Part shown: piece after piece, positions 23,101 to 31,225 of the stretch
Layout: every line of letters begins with the position of its first letter
How positions within the stretch are numbered: position 1 is the first letter of the stretch
Assembly (NCBI GenBank): GCA_044892525.1
Contig: CM097885.1
Span: 6,882,001 to 6,946,000 of the forward strand
DNA: 64,000 bases
Source of the DNA: Schmidtea polychroa
Taxonomy: Eukaryota
Direction of reading: 5' to 3'
Made by a program: the position numbers and the translations under genes
Notes under the pieces: generated by a model
Seen by the model: only the letters and a program-made list of their open reading frames with translations
Told to the model about the DNA's origin: nothing
Databases searched by the model: none

Positions 23101-26100
23101 AGCGAAGTTACCAACTACTTCAAGATCGCAAAATTTAGAACATCACCGTACCATCCACAAACTAATGGTATGACAGAAAGATTCAATGGAACACTGATTC
23201 AAATGTTATCAAATTATGTCGATCGTCATCAACGCGACTGGGACGAGTATATAAAATTATGTTTAATGGCTTACAGAATGTCGATTCACGCGTCCACAAA
23301 GATGAGTCCGTTTAGGTTGATGTACGGCAGAGAATGCAATATGCCAATGGATCTAGAATATCAGCCACCAATATCACAATACATGGAAATAGACGATTAT
23401 GTAACCAAGTTCAAGGAAAGAATGCAGGAAATCTGGGAAACTGCAGGATTGAATATAAAATTTTATCAAGAAAGTTACAAAGAGTTACATGATAGAAAGA
23501 AAAACGTCAAACAGCATACGTTTCAAACAGGCGATTGGGTGATGATCGAAACACCAGAATTAATCCCAGGAACCACCAAAAAATTACAACGAAACGGTAA
23601 AGGTCCGTATGAGATTCTATTCATCGGAGAAACCAATGTGAGAGTACGATTGGTAAACAACCCCTTCACGAGGCCAATATATGTAAATGTGGCACGATGT
23701 AAGCCAATACCGAAAACAGCCACCAGCCAGCCGGAAGGGCGAACATTAACAACAAGATCACAAACGTATAGAATAAATATGTTACAGCAGATAAACGAAC
23801 CAACAGGTAACCGATTGGGGTTACAACCATCAGAAGCCGAGAAAATCATAAAGGAAGTGAAAGCTAAAATGCCCGGATGGGCAGAAGACAGATTAGATTT
23901 TGAGATATTGGGAGGTCTGCTAACAATGATAGAAAACTATGCAAATCGAGAAAGAACACACCCATTGCTCAGGGTAGTTAAAAGTCAATGGCCTATATTA
24001 TTCACGATCACAGACCATTACGGAGACACACCCCTGCACAAGCTTTTAAAGGTGGGTAGTAACGAACAGATATTAGAAACAATTGAAGCATTTCGCGATT
24101 GTAACATTTCGACAGATCAAGAAAACAACCAAGGTTGCACTCCACTAATGATAGCAGCCAATCGGGATAAAGCTAAAGATATTATTATCGCATTACTTGA
24201 AACTGGGTCAAAGATAACCACACAAGATCACAACCATAAAAATGCACTACATCATGCAATCGAAGGGAAAAGCACTGAAGCATTCATAATCTTAGTAGAT
24301 CTATTATCGTACGAGGATAATAGGGAGATAGGAAACATGTATGACGGGTTATTAACTGCAATCAAAGAGAAATTAATAACAATTACTGGAATACTAATTG
24401 CATGGAGGAACCCGATCAAAAACGATTATATGGTAGATATAAACGAAACATTTACCAAAGGAGAAAACACCTTGATGAGGGAAGCGATGAGAGGACATCA
24501 CCTATTCGAAATTCCAAATCAACTACTACAACGTGGCATAAAGTTTTCAAATCACAAAGACGAGCAACTAATCAGAAACCGAATTACCAACTTCGAAAAA
24601 GCTATATCTCAATTTACCGATAAAGTACAAGTAAAATTTTGGGAAACCGTGAGTGTATTATATATGATGGAAAATATGAATAACATTCGAGAAACTTACC
24701 TAAGCATTATTCAAGTTCTAACGGCAGAGGAACGCATTAACAGTTCGAACAAGAAAAAGATAAAAATCAAGAAAATAACAGCAAGAGAGTCTGAGAAACG
24801 AGTCGATCAAATAATAAGATATATAGCAACAACAAGTAAACCAAAGATAATAAACTCCGACCAAGAGATAGTAATACGTAAGGCTAAAGAAGTATTCTTT
24901 GAAGAAATGCAAGATCTATCCGATGAAGCGATACTAGCAAAAATAACAAAAACAGTACACACCTACGCGAGAGACCAGACCACAAATCTAGACATAGAAA
25001 AAATAAAAACATTCATACCACTAGCATTCACCTTACCGACGAAAGATTCAAGAACACCATTACAACAAGCCATCTTAGCAGCAAAAGAAAACAGAGCCAT
25101 AACCATCATAAGAATTCTTAGAGACTTCGGGGAAGAATCTAATGCAAAAAATGAACAAGGAGAAACAGCAATGATGTATGCAGCAATAACAAATATACAC
25201 CCGAAAACATTACATATACTACATCAATCAGGATCAAGACTGAACGAAATATCGAACGAAGGGAATTCTACCATGGATTGGGCAACAATACAACCAAACT
25301 TGGAAATGATTAGATTCATTTGTAAAAATGCTACAAGAACTGAGGTAGAAAATATCTGTAAAAACACGTCACAGTTCCAATGGAACACGATACGGATGAA
25401 CTTAGAAGCCATGAAGTTATTGCTAACATGGAAAATACCGCAAACCAATAAATATGCAATAAATATAAATGAGTTCTACGAAAACGGAGAAAATGCTATG
25501 GTTAAAAATACACTAACAAAAGGAGGAACTCCGAAAATCATAATGATCGTATTGAACAGAGAAGACCTCAAATTCACGCAAAATCTAAACGAACAAAAGC
25601 GAATCGGAAAACATCGTCGGATACAATTAAGAGAATTAGTAAAAGAATGGAATAGAAAGAGACATGTAGCAACAGGCAGAAAGGAGTTCGAATTCGAAGC
25701 AAAATTAGCAAGAAACAGAGTGCTAACGGCATACCGCAGATTGTTGAATGATATAAATGTCGAGGACGACATTTTAAACGATAGCGGGGGAGATAAAGAC
25801 GATAAAGACGACGATAATAATGAAAAAGGTCGAAACGGGAATAAAGAGAAAGAGAAATCAGAGGAGAATAATCAAGAAAATAACGACGCGAGCAGGAAAA
25901 AAGAGGAAAATAACCCGGGAAACCGAAGGAAGCAAGAAGAAAAGACGAATAGTGGAAAACAGAGGGTATGCCTACTTTTTACCAACAAAGAAATGGAGAC
26001 AAATATGATGATAATGATACTCGTATTAACAATGGTGGAAATGATAACAGCCCAGGGAGGAATGAGAACGATAAAAGAAGCCAAGGAAACGGAAAATAAG

Positions 26101-27006
26101 GACAACAAAGAGGAAGAACTAAAACAAGAAAAGAAAAAACAAGTACAAGAGCAGCAATGGGATCTAAAAGAAGAATGGGATCTAAAAGAAAGGTGTATAT
26201 TAGGAAGATGTATGTCTAGAGCTTATCAGAGACTAGTGTTAAAAAATGAAGATGCAGAACCAATAACGGAAGTGGGAATACAAGAAGCGTACCAACATCG
26301 AAACGGGAAGAAGATAACAAAAGTCAAATGGAAAGAGGTACACCTGAGTAAAGGAGGGGAAATAGTGATAACACAGCTTCAACCAAGAAAAGAGCACAAA
26401 GTGTGTATTTCGAGGCTAGGCCCAGGAGAAAATTGTCTACAATATGTAACGCAACAACAACCACCAAAGGAATATACGGTATGTATCCTGAGAAACGGTC
26501 CAGAAAGAGAATGTCGACGATACCCTGGGAAAAGAGGGAGGAAAAGAAAAATCAATGATGAAAAAGATGAGCAAGGAAAACGCAAGAAAAACAGTGAGAA
26601 ACATCAAGACAATTATGTATCCGAGGAGGAGATGGAGAAAATACAAAAAATGGCAAAGGAAGGTATGAACGAGGAAATAGCAAGAATACGAGGAATGATG
26701 AAAGGAAATGGCAAAGACGGTAATCTAAAAAGCACAGAAGCAATATCAACAATAACGAACAAGGGAAAAGCGGAAATTATAAGCGTAAAACAGATGATGT
26801 GGATCAGCGGCATAATAATAACAGGGGCCTTTTTAATCATAACGGGGGGGACAATAAAAATAATCAAAGATAGACGGCATCGCGGAGAACTAGAAATGGC
26901 CAGAATAAGAAATTTTCAACATCGTGTAAAACGACCAAGTAATATCAAGCAGGAACAGTGGGTGGAGGCCTGTAATGCTCAGCGCCCTCCAAGCTCACGT
27001 ATATAG
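17179..27006 (+). CDS. pol: 3,275-aa polyprotein: AT-hook, Bcl-2-like, Env-like glycoprotein, PR, RT, RNase H, IN, ankyrin repeats, C-terminal membrane protein
   Basis: Single ORF whose frame opens at 17092 and overlaps the upstream ORF in the -1 frame. Motifs are listed in the sub-features. Confidence 0.95.
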   Translation: MRNNDSSLPRTDNERNPSYETTRETGTMMEKRAKGRPRKQGEKPEFKTREQLKQEQGQVRLEKLDKIVWDLKEAQPTIERGEKWIRELVKDMLIITNPQLRRLWQRKVASVDARQLWNTISGIIPKLIKEKTKTTKTDWEETRRVIEQLTLNANDDEHHLVVLTYLMYNLMGLAARKIPNKQFANHVEMTVTIIENTIEPHIIRAGGWKRLIQAPRKNEQERSMQIRLKKLLNELEWELPLKDPASRKASINSLMMTMMIWMLCTSGAAGFTIYDCDNSIIGERYSLRDIEECRQAFPNKLDIVKKKVSYHVYQESDFIRTQARECVVSKKVLAYYCGQYSYSTLILPGLDKEMVPIQREDCKELFRTGAMRIRDGVTIHGQSGMIKTESIYVAGRVKSTDGSCNGGTYTIRGEVISGVVVIESYTVELKEYEAQFDANNYQMKTNPACRATENVCRTGISTIIYEANTQKCRLQLLKSALFNEVKGEIYENEDDDEENGNVRMRNGKPVPPSPKEKRLTTQKSPTALITDDPDIGMRFIREKETTKCDSIVYRTNYAGIYMSRQVIDRAVGKVATEDVKLYLYANNKMDFLFHRGQTTMQKVYYDLIQNDCSLNKEILKTKLAIAITHPDNTMPSLPLPDGHFGRMVGEVMYTYACTKTFARLPRKPTIPPGKCANELEISYKGRNRFVQPVTRIMNPIGFYPNTFNCSNAYGPLYEKPDGKWIMLPVKTEVQEPKKFGLIELATEQDFKPIDVSKAGMYSPEDLETARLNVLFPARRESILSNMVTITGGTNFQSGPNYELLLSPDHFQQATSNMMKAMWGRFLVFGQMMAGILGIILIIQIVRVILTQMLACFDIYKREKKVNWKLIVGFLPFLAKTMVLHGHSKDIHRIKRLIKILTKIKGTDEEVGRRFRKTMYDEATRAQLKKNKPKFLDRFRNRSNSSDSDDDDNGNDKYPYPSRNPNEKPMETAPYWEKEKTNTWIANGSYIPPDIVGQQTALTMTQNMYPQLPSQPGMNYMPTRRTKSVDQADDVRTIAVMSSPGGAAVTVMIQINGKETSAMIDTGANVSAIAINQIPSKCWKDIEQTTIHIIACSKETVDVVGRWWTTLRYQDNEIETYLAVIPKLSEPCIIGTDLMPELFKEVVIDLTTMCLKDKMGRICKMNAIIRCPEKIIVPAKSQMICQIKVDAGMEGEAIFEPSKSFEKRRELPLAREIITIKEDREIPINITNFEEEDKIIYENERLGRLTPMIDIELPKITNETTKADELWTIDSTLLTEKEKERLQQLLIEYKDIFAISDLDLGACDVTLHAIPLIDETPIALRPYKLAEKQKEIAEAEVQKMLDAQVIEPSCSPWQFPVVMVKKKDGTQRFCIDYRKLNAVTKRDTYPLPDINEMLLMLQGAAYFTSLDLKSGYWQIKVKEEDKEKTAFTLGRDLYQFRKMPFGLTNAPASFQRCMNFVTHGIKQCMVYIDDLLIYSATFEQHLEDIRNVFIRLRQWKLKLKPSKCDWAKEKVTFLGQIVSAKGKEPDPRNIEKIKTCPAPKTVTQVQEFLGLCGYYRKFIKNYAGIAKPIQELVKKDISFIWGAEQQKAFETLRDKLIEAPILVHPDFKKPFLLATDASGYAAGAILGQLDEEGKERVIGYYSRTFKKHEKNYSVTEREALAIIQAIKHFRYLLWGHEICITTDHQPLVWLGQHKEASSRLMRWAMQLQEYSPFIKFKAGRANANADCMSRFIFPDLVDHEMQRICLMVAEDLDFCQLRKDQQEDTELKQIIEYVKTGKAEVYEKDQKLKEHMDKHRHRYIIEKDWLLIMDGEKRLMCIPENRRKDLLTQYHDGRLGGHMSSKKTLARMKQKYFWPTLTEDVTEWVKNCITCATRKNTGTKWKAPLKPMPVPAEPMTMISMDVVGPLPESDRGNIYILVITDYLTKFPEAFAMADQKARTIAKILVEEICCRYGTPKQILTDQGTNFMSEIMSEVTNYFKIAKFRTSPYHPQTNGMTERFNGTLIQMLSNYVDRHQRDWDEYIKLCLMAYRMSIHASTKMSPFRLMYGRECNMPMDLEYQPPISQYMEIDDYVTKFKERMQEIWETAGLNIKFYQESYKELHDRKKNVKQHTFQTGDWVMIETPELIPGTTKKLQRNGKGPYEILFIGETNVRVRLVNNPFTRPIYVNVARCKPIPKTATSQPEGRTLTTRSQTYRINMLQQINEPTGNRLGLQPSEAEKIIKEVKAKMPGWAEDRLDFEILGGLLTMIENYANRERTHPLLRVVKSQWPILFTITDHYGDTPLHKLLKVGSNEQILETIEAFRDCNISTDQENNQGCTPLMIAANRDKAKDIIIALLETGSKITTQDHNHKNALHHAIEGKSTEAFIILVDLLSYEDNREIGNMYDGLLTAIKEKLITITGILIAWRNPIKNDYMVDINETFTKGENTLMREAMRGHHLFEIPNQLLQRGIKFSNHKDEQLIRNRITNFEKAISQFTDKVQVKFWETVSVLYMMENMNNIRETYLSIIQVLTAEERINSSNKKKIKIKKITARESEKRVDQIIRYIATTSKPKIINSDQEIVIRKAKEVFFEEMQDLSDEAILAKITKTVHTYARDQTTNLDIEKIKTFIPLAFTLPTKDSRTPLQQAILAAKENRAITIIRILRDFGEESNAKNEQGETAMMYAAITNIHPKTLHILHQSGSRLNEISNEGNSTMDWATIQPNLEMIRFICKNATRTEVENICKNTSQFQWNTIRMNLEAMKLLLTWKIPQTNKYAININEFYENGENAMVKNTLTKGGTPKIIMIVLNREDLKFTQNLNEQKRIGKHRRIQLRELVKEWNRKRHVATGRKEFEFEAKLARNRVLTAYRRLLNDINVEDDILNDSGGDKDDKDDDNNEKGRNGNKEKEKSEENNQENNDASRKKEENNPGNRRKQEEKTNSGKQRVCLLFTNKEMETNMMIMILVLTMVEMITAQGGMRTIKEAKETENKDNKEEELKQEKKKQVQEQQWDLKEEWDLKERCILGRCMSRAYQRLVLKNEDAEPITEVGIQEAYQHRNGKKITKVKWKEVHLSKGGEIVITQLQPRKEHKVCISRLGPGENCLQYVTQQQPPKEYTVCILRNGPERECRRYPGKRGRKRKINDEKDEQGKRKKNSEKHQDNYVSEEEMEKIQKMAKEGMNEEIARIRGMMKGNGKDGNLKSTEAISTITNKGKAEIISVKQMMWISGIIITGAFLIITGGTIKIIKDRRHRGELEMARIRNFQHRVKRPSNIKQEQWVEACNAQRPPSSRI
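17400..17825 (+). other. Bcl-2-like domain within the polyprotein
   Basis: IEPHIIRAGGWKRL matches BH2 (L..WI...GGW..F). ETRRVIEQLTLNANDDEHHLVVLTYL sits in the BH1 position, but NWGR is degenerate. Confidence 0.6.
17941..19740 (+). other. Envelope-like glycoprotein resembling chuvirus-type (class III) fusion proteins
   Basis: Signal-like MMTMMIWMLCTSGAAG, then FTIYDC...SLRDIEEC, EC....LAYYCGQYS, SCNGG, ANNKMDF...QNDC.L, GEVMY..C, CANEL.I.......FVQPVTRI and a TM WGRFLVFGQMMAGILGIILIIQIV. The order of blocks follows chuvirus-like glycoproteins as I recall them. Confidence 0.72.
20320..20640 (+). other. Retropepsin (aspartic protease), followed by a dUTPase-like spacer
   Basis: AMIDTGANVS (D at 20368) and IIGTDL. 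Confidence 0.95.
21140..22380 (+). other. Reverse transcriptase and RNase H, Ty3/gypsy type
   Basis: PVVMVKKKDG..RFCIDYRKLN, LDLKSGYWQI, MPFGLTNAPASFQ, YIDD (21586-21597), TDASGYAAGAIL, YSVTEREALAI, TDHQPL. Confidence 0.98.
22620..23710 (+). other. Integrase (HHCC, DD35E, GPY/F)
   Basis: HDGRLGGH...CITC. D at 22888, D at 23068 and E at 23176 (35-residue spacing). GPY at 23602. Confidence 0.97.
24010..25520 (+). other. Ankyrin-repeat region after integrase
   Basis: GDTPLHKLL, GCTPLMIAA, KNALHHAI, GENTLMREA, RTPLQQAI, GETAMMYAA, GNSTMDWA. Confidence 0.85.
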
Positions 27007-27174
27007 AAAGGATTATGACTGTATATAGATTGTAAAAAGTAAGTAGGTAATATTTATTTATATAACAGTATTCTATATTTTTATATAAGCGCGGTATCAA
27101 TAGTATATAATGATGGGGATAATTAATATGAAAATAAAATTAGATAAGGATTGAAAAGTATATATAAATTAAGA

Positions 27175-27534
27175 ATGGAACGAATAGGCGAGGAAGTAAA
27201 TCACAGTACGACAACCGAGGAGATGTGGAAACAACAATGTGCAATGTTAACTCAAGTGATTTCGAATTTACAGGAACAAGGACTCGCTGTACAAAGAAGC
27301 TTAGTCGAAAGTTTAAATAAAGGCTTCAGTTATGTAAGAATAATCGAAGACCAACGAATAAAAATAGAACAAATGCAGCGAGAGATAGACCGAATATCAC
27401 GATACAGCCAGGTGCAAGAAGAGGAGTTAATAAGAATCGCGGAAGAGATGGAGCGAGAGGAGATAGAAGACTGGTCAGAATGGTTAACCAGCAGGGAAGA
27501 GGGCGGACAAGAGGCCGACTCTTCCAGCCAATAA
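27175..27534 (+). CDS. Accessory coiled-coil protein, about 119 aa (first ATG at 27175)
   Basis: Heptad-rich Q/E/R sequence with the same codon style as the element's other ORFs. Confidence 0.6.
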   Translation: MERIGEEVNHSTTTEEMWKQQCAMLTQVISNLQEQGLAVQRSLVESLNKGFSYVRIIEDQRIKIEQMQREIDRISRYSQVQEEELIRIAEEMEREEIEDWSEWLTSREEGGQEADSSSQ

Positions 27535-27623
27535 ATATAACCTAAAATAGCAATGTAAATAACTGTAAATAAAAATACGAAACTGTACCAGTAATGAATA
27601 TATGTATATATATAATTATAGAA

Positions 27624-29012
27624 ATGGATAAGCGACAACGAGAAGAATTCAAAGAAATTGTTGAACAAGTCAGAAAGTCCACCACAATTCGAATACACAA
27701 CCATGTAACGTGTGGAATATGCAAGAGCTTATTAAGAGAACCTCACCAAACCAGATGTGGATGCAGAATGTGCAGAGAATGTGTAGAGGAGATAATAAAG
27801 AAGGGACCACAATGGTGCCCAGTATGCAAAGAAACAATGATAACAAGTTTGGGAGATACAAACGAAGATAAAGCAGCTGTAAAAGATATGTTGAATGCAA
27901 ACCTAGGATGTAAAAACACCCCATGTAATTGGCGAGGAGTGATATGGGAAGTGAGGCAACATATGGAGCAATGTGAGTATAAAATCAGTCAATGCAAACG
28001 TTGCCAAGAAGAGATTAAAGTCAATGAAGAAGCAGAACATCAAAGTCGATGCGAAGAAAGACTGGAGAAATGTGAGTATTGCGGAGAAACCGACACCTGG
28101 AAAAAACTAATCAGTCAACATCACAACATACAAGAGAAGAAAGTGTGCGCAGAATTCAGAGGAGAATGCCCCAACAAATGCGATAAACCCGGAGTAATAA
28201 AACTCGCTCAACATCTAAAAGAATGTGAAAGAAAAAAGATAACGTGTGTGCTAGGAAAATGGGGATGTCAGAAACAATTACACCGAGGGGAATTACCCCA
28301 ACATCTAGCAGAAAACGTATCAACACACGCGGAAATATGGTCAACAGTATTACAAGAAAACGAAAGGAAAACCGAAAACTTAGAAAGAGAAATAGTCTCG
28401 CTAAAAGCGTTGGTAAAAGAACTATTGGAAGAAAAGGAAGCATTTGAAGAGGCGAGAACAAGTACAAAGATACAGACAGATCTAGTGGAAACTAGCAACA
28501 TTATGGTGAAAGAACTACATCAAAAAGTAAGCGAATTAAACCTCAACGAATTAATACCCACGGCTCCATACATATGGAAAATAACGGGAGTAAAAGAGAA
28601 GATGCAGAGAGCGAGAAATGGAAAGGATACAACATTACTAAGTCCAGCATTCTACTCATGGAAAAACGGGTATAAAATGAAAATGAAAGCATACCCCAAT
28701 GGGGATGGAAGTGCATACGGAACGCATTTCTCAGTATTCTTCTTGATGTGCAAAGGGCTATACGACGAGTTAATAGAATGGTCATTCAAAGCAAAAATAG
28801 ACCTCGTAATGATGAACTATCAAAGTATACATGAACAGAGTTTCCATACAGCGGGAAACCTCGTATGTTACCAAAGGCCCTTGGAAGAAGAAGGACCAGC
28901 AACTGGAGCACCGAATTTCATCCTACAGCGGAAAGCAGAAGACATGACGAGAAACGACACTATATACATAAAAATAGCGGTGAGGCGAGACGGGAAGAGT
29001 AGGACTGAGTAG
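27624..29012 (+). CDS. Intronless TRAF-family protein (RING, TRAF zinc fingers, coiled coil, MATH) carried by the retroelement
   Basis: CGICKSLLREPHQTRCGCRMCREC...CPVC, C.N..C.W.G...EV.QH...C repeats, and YIWKITG...SPAFYS..NGYKM....YPNGDG...GTH.SVF....KG.YD....W.F. Confidence 0.92.
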   Translation: MDKRQREEFKEIVEQVRKSTTIRIHNHVTCGICKSLLREPHQTRCGCRMCRECVEEIIKKGPQWCPVCKETMITSLGDTNEDKAAVKDMLNANLGCKNTPCNWRGVIWEVRQHMEQCEYKISQCKRCQEEIKVNEEAEHQSRCEERLEKCEYCGETDTWKKLISQHHNIQEKKVCAEFRGECPNKCDKPGVIKLAQHLKECERKKITCVLGKWGCQKQLHRGELPQHLAENVSTHAEIWSTVLQENERKTENLEREIVSLKALVKELLEEKEAFEEARTSTKIQTDLVETSNIMVKELHQKVSELNLNELIPTAPYIWKITGVKEKMQRARNGKDTTLLSPAFYSWKNGYKMKMKAYPNGDGSAYGTHFSVFFLMCKGLYDELIEWSFKAKIDLVMMNYQSIHEQSFHTAGNLVCYQRPLEEEGPATGAPNFILQRKAEDMTRNDTIYIKIAVRRDGKSRTE

Positions 29013-29229
29013 AGAGACGAATAATTTTGTATATACTAATTGTAAATATCGGCATATATACCCCGTAAAATAGTATATAGTAGTGTAGAAAAATCCCCGA
29101 ATCTAATAAAGGTAAACTTAAGCGAAAAACTCCTAAAACAACTCCTATAACGAATTGTAAAAATAAATAAAAAATAAGCCGAATATAAGCGTACAACGTT
29201 GAGTTAATGATATCGTTATTTAGACAAAG

Positions 29230-30267
29230 ATGACTCAAGATCAAACGGAAGCCCCAAATAACGAAATAAACATCAGTAGAATACATAGAGAAAGATGGGC
29301 CAAAGTGATGATACAATTATCAAACCAAACACGAAATTACCTCGAAGAAGCGAGAGAATGGGAAAACCACCAATTCCAGTGGTTAGTACAGAATTTACGG
29401 GCGGAGGCCGAGGCCTGCAAAAGAGCCGCCAAATGGTCGGCATTAGAAAATACCAGGCAAGAGGCGCACGGGCATTACCTGACGCAGCTGGTACAGGAGT
29501 CAAGAAAAAGACTAACGGATGAGAATAAGAAGCGGGAAATAGAAAAACAAAAGGAGGAAAGAAAGACCCGCCAACTACTAGCAGAGGCCAGAAAGTGGAA
29601 AAAACAACATCGAGAAATCCAAAAAGAGATGAGAGAATTGCCGCAGAGATTGGAATACGAAAGTGAACAAGGGAAATGGGAGGAAAACCTTGATCAGAGA
29701 GAAGAGCTAAGAAGGCTCAGGAAAATAGCGGCACGAAGTCAAACCTGGCAGACCAAGGCCATGGAATTTGAAAGGCATCTAGCCATGAAACTGTCCATGA
29801 AGGAACAGGAGAATACCGCCATGGAAGAGATGATCCTGCAACAGTCAGGTAGAATCGTCGAACTCGTAAACAAGGTGGCAGATCTTGAAAGAGACAATAA
29901 CGGCTATAAGGGGGCACTAGAACAAAGGAATATAGTGCTAGTCGGTAAGAACAAGAAATTGGAAAACGAGAGGAAGATGTATGACGAAAATATCAAGAAC
30001 CTCGAAAAGGAGATCAAAAAATGGGAGAACGGCGAAAAAGCGGAAGAGTTAGAAAAACAGATCGAAGTAAGGGACGACGAAACCAGGTATCTAACATACC
30101 TGTTGGACGAGGAACTCAATGCGTCAAGAGCACTAAGAGACGAAGTTCAGGAACTTAGAGCGCAGATTCCCCGGTACTACATCCCATTTGATCCCATCGC
30201 AATCCAACTACAAACGTCAATAGACAGCGATGAAGGATATGTAGGCCAGGAAGAGACCTTCGTATAA
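29230..30267 (+). CDS. Accessory long coiled-coil protein, 345 aa, function unknown
   Basis: Long ORF with continuous heptad pattern and no catalytic motif seen. Confidence 0.75.
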   Translation: MTQDQTEAPNNEINISRIHRERWAKVMIQLSNQTRNYLEEAREWENHQFQWLVQNLRAEAEACKRAAKWSALENTRQEAHGHYLTQLVQESRKRLTDENKKREIEKQKEERKTRQLLAEARKWKKQHREIQKEMRELPQRLEYESEQGKWEENLDQREELRRLRKIAARSQTWQTKAMEFERHLAMKLSMKEQENTAMEEMILQQSGRIVELVNKVADLERDNNGYKGALEQRNIVLVGKNKKLENERKMYDENIKNLEKEIKKWENGEKAEELEKQIEVRDDETRYLTYLLDEELNASRALRDEVQELRAQIPRYYIPFDPIAIQLQTSIDSDEGYVGQEETFV

Positions 30268-30442
30268 AGATAAATGGAAAAGATAAAAAATATAAAAATC
30301 GGGACCTATATCCCAACAAAAAAATTAATGGTACAGTAAAAGTAGGAAAGGGACTGTAGCCCTGATTATATAAATAACATATAATTGTATAAGCATAAGC
30401 CGCACTGTAGCGCAATCATTAATTATGTATATATTATAGAAA

Positions 30443-31165
30443 ATGAATACTGAAAACGGACAACCCATCATGACATCGATAATCGAGCTAGAGGAGGGAG
30501 AAATTGAAGTTGAGGAAGTGGAGAGGAAGAAAACTATCAAAGAAGAATTACAAGAAGAGAGACAAGAAAACGAAAGATTAGTAGAAAGGTGGAGAGATAA
30601 TCGAAAAATGATTAAAGTATTGAAAAGAGAATACACCTTGCTAGAAGAAGTAAAGAAAGAAGTAGAGGAAGAAAATGAATGGCTTCACGAGCAAAGAAAG
30701 CGAGGGAGAAATTGGGAAAAGATCGCGGAAGAATTATGGCAGGAAAGAGCCAGTCTCAAGGCTAATGAAGTGATTGAAGATTACTGGAAAACGGAAGCGA
30801 GGAAACGACAAGAAACTATCAGGGGTCTAGAAAACCAGCTGGGAGTAAAAGTACAGGAAAGTGCAGAAATGGAGAAATGGATCAATAAATACCGAGAAAT
30901 AGAAATAAAACGGCAGAAACAAAGTCCAAAGACGAACGACCCAGAGGAAAATGATTTCCTACAATTGGAACTAGAACGGAACCTGGAGGAGAAGAAGAAG
31001 GAGATAAAAACCTTGAAAAGAGAGATAAAGCACTTGACGGACAAGGTCCAAGAGAAAGATAGGCAGCTCGAAATGTTGCCGGAACTCCGACATAGGGTCA
31101 TTAAAGCAGAATCTAAATTAATGAGAATCCGAGAAAGAGACCCTAAAAAGAAACGACAAAATTAA
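30443..31165 (+). CDS. Accessory coiled-coil protein, 240 aa, function unknown
   Basis: E/K/R-rich heptads and a basic C-terminus (PKKKRQN). Confidence 0.7.
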   Translation: MNTENGQPIMTSIIELEEGEIEVEEVERKKTIKEELQEERQENERLVERWRDNRKMIKVLKREYTLLEEVKKEVEEENEWLHEQRKRGRNWEKIAEELWQERASLKANEVIEDYWKTEARKRQETIRGLENQLGVKVQESAEMEKWINKYREIEIKRQKQSPKTNDPEENDFLQLELERNLEEKKKEIKTLKREIKHLTDKVQEKDRQLEMLPELRHRVIKAESKLMRIRERDPKKKRQN

Positions 31166-31225
31166 AACCAACAAAAAAGCGATGTATATAAATATGTATA
31201 AAATAACTAAATGTATATCAGTATC

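Noticed and set aside
23710-23900. Chromodomain after integrase
   Set aside because: No aromatic-cage or Y.VKW.G motif seen; the region leads into ankyrin repeats.
13799-31101. Dozens of short minus-strand and alternate-frame ORFs over the retroelement
   Set aside because: Antisense shadows of an A-rich coding strand (F/L/S/I-rich), with no motifs.
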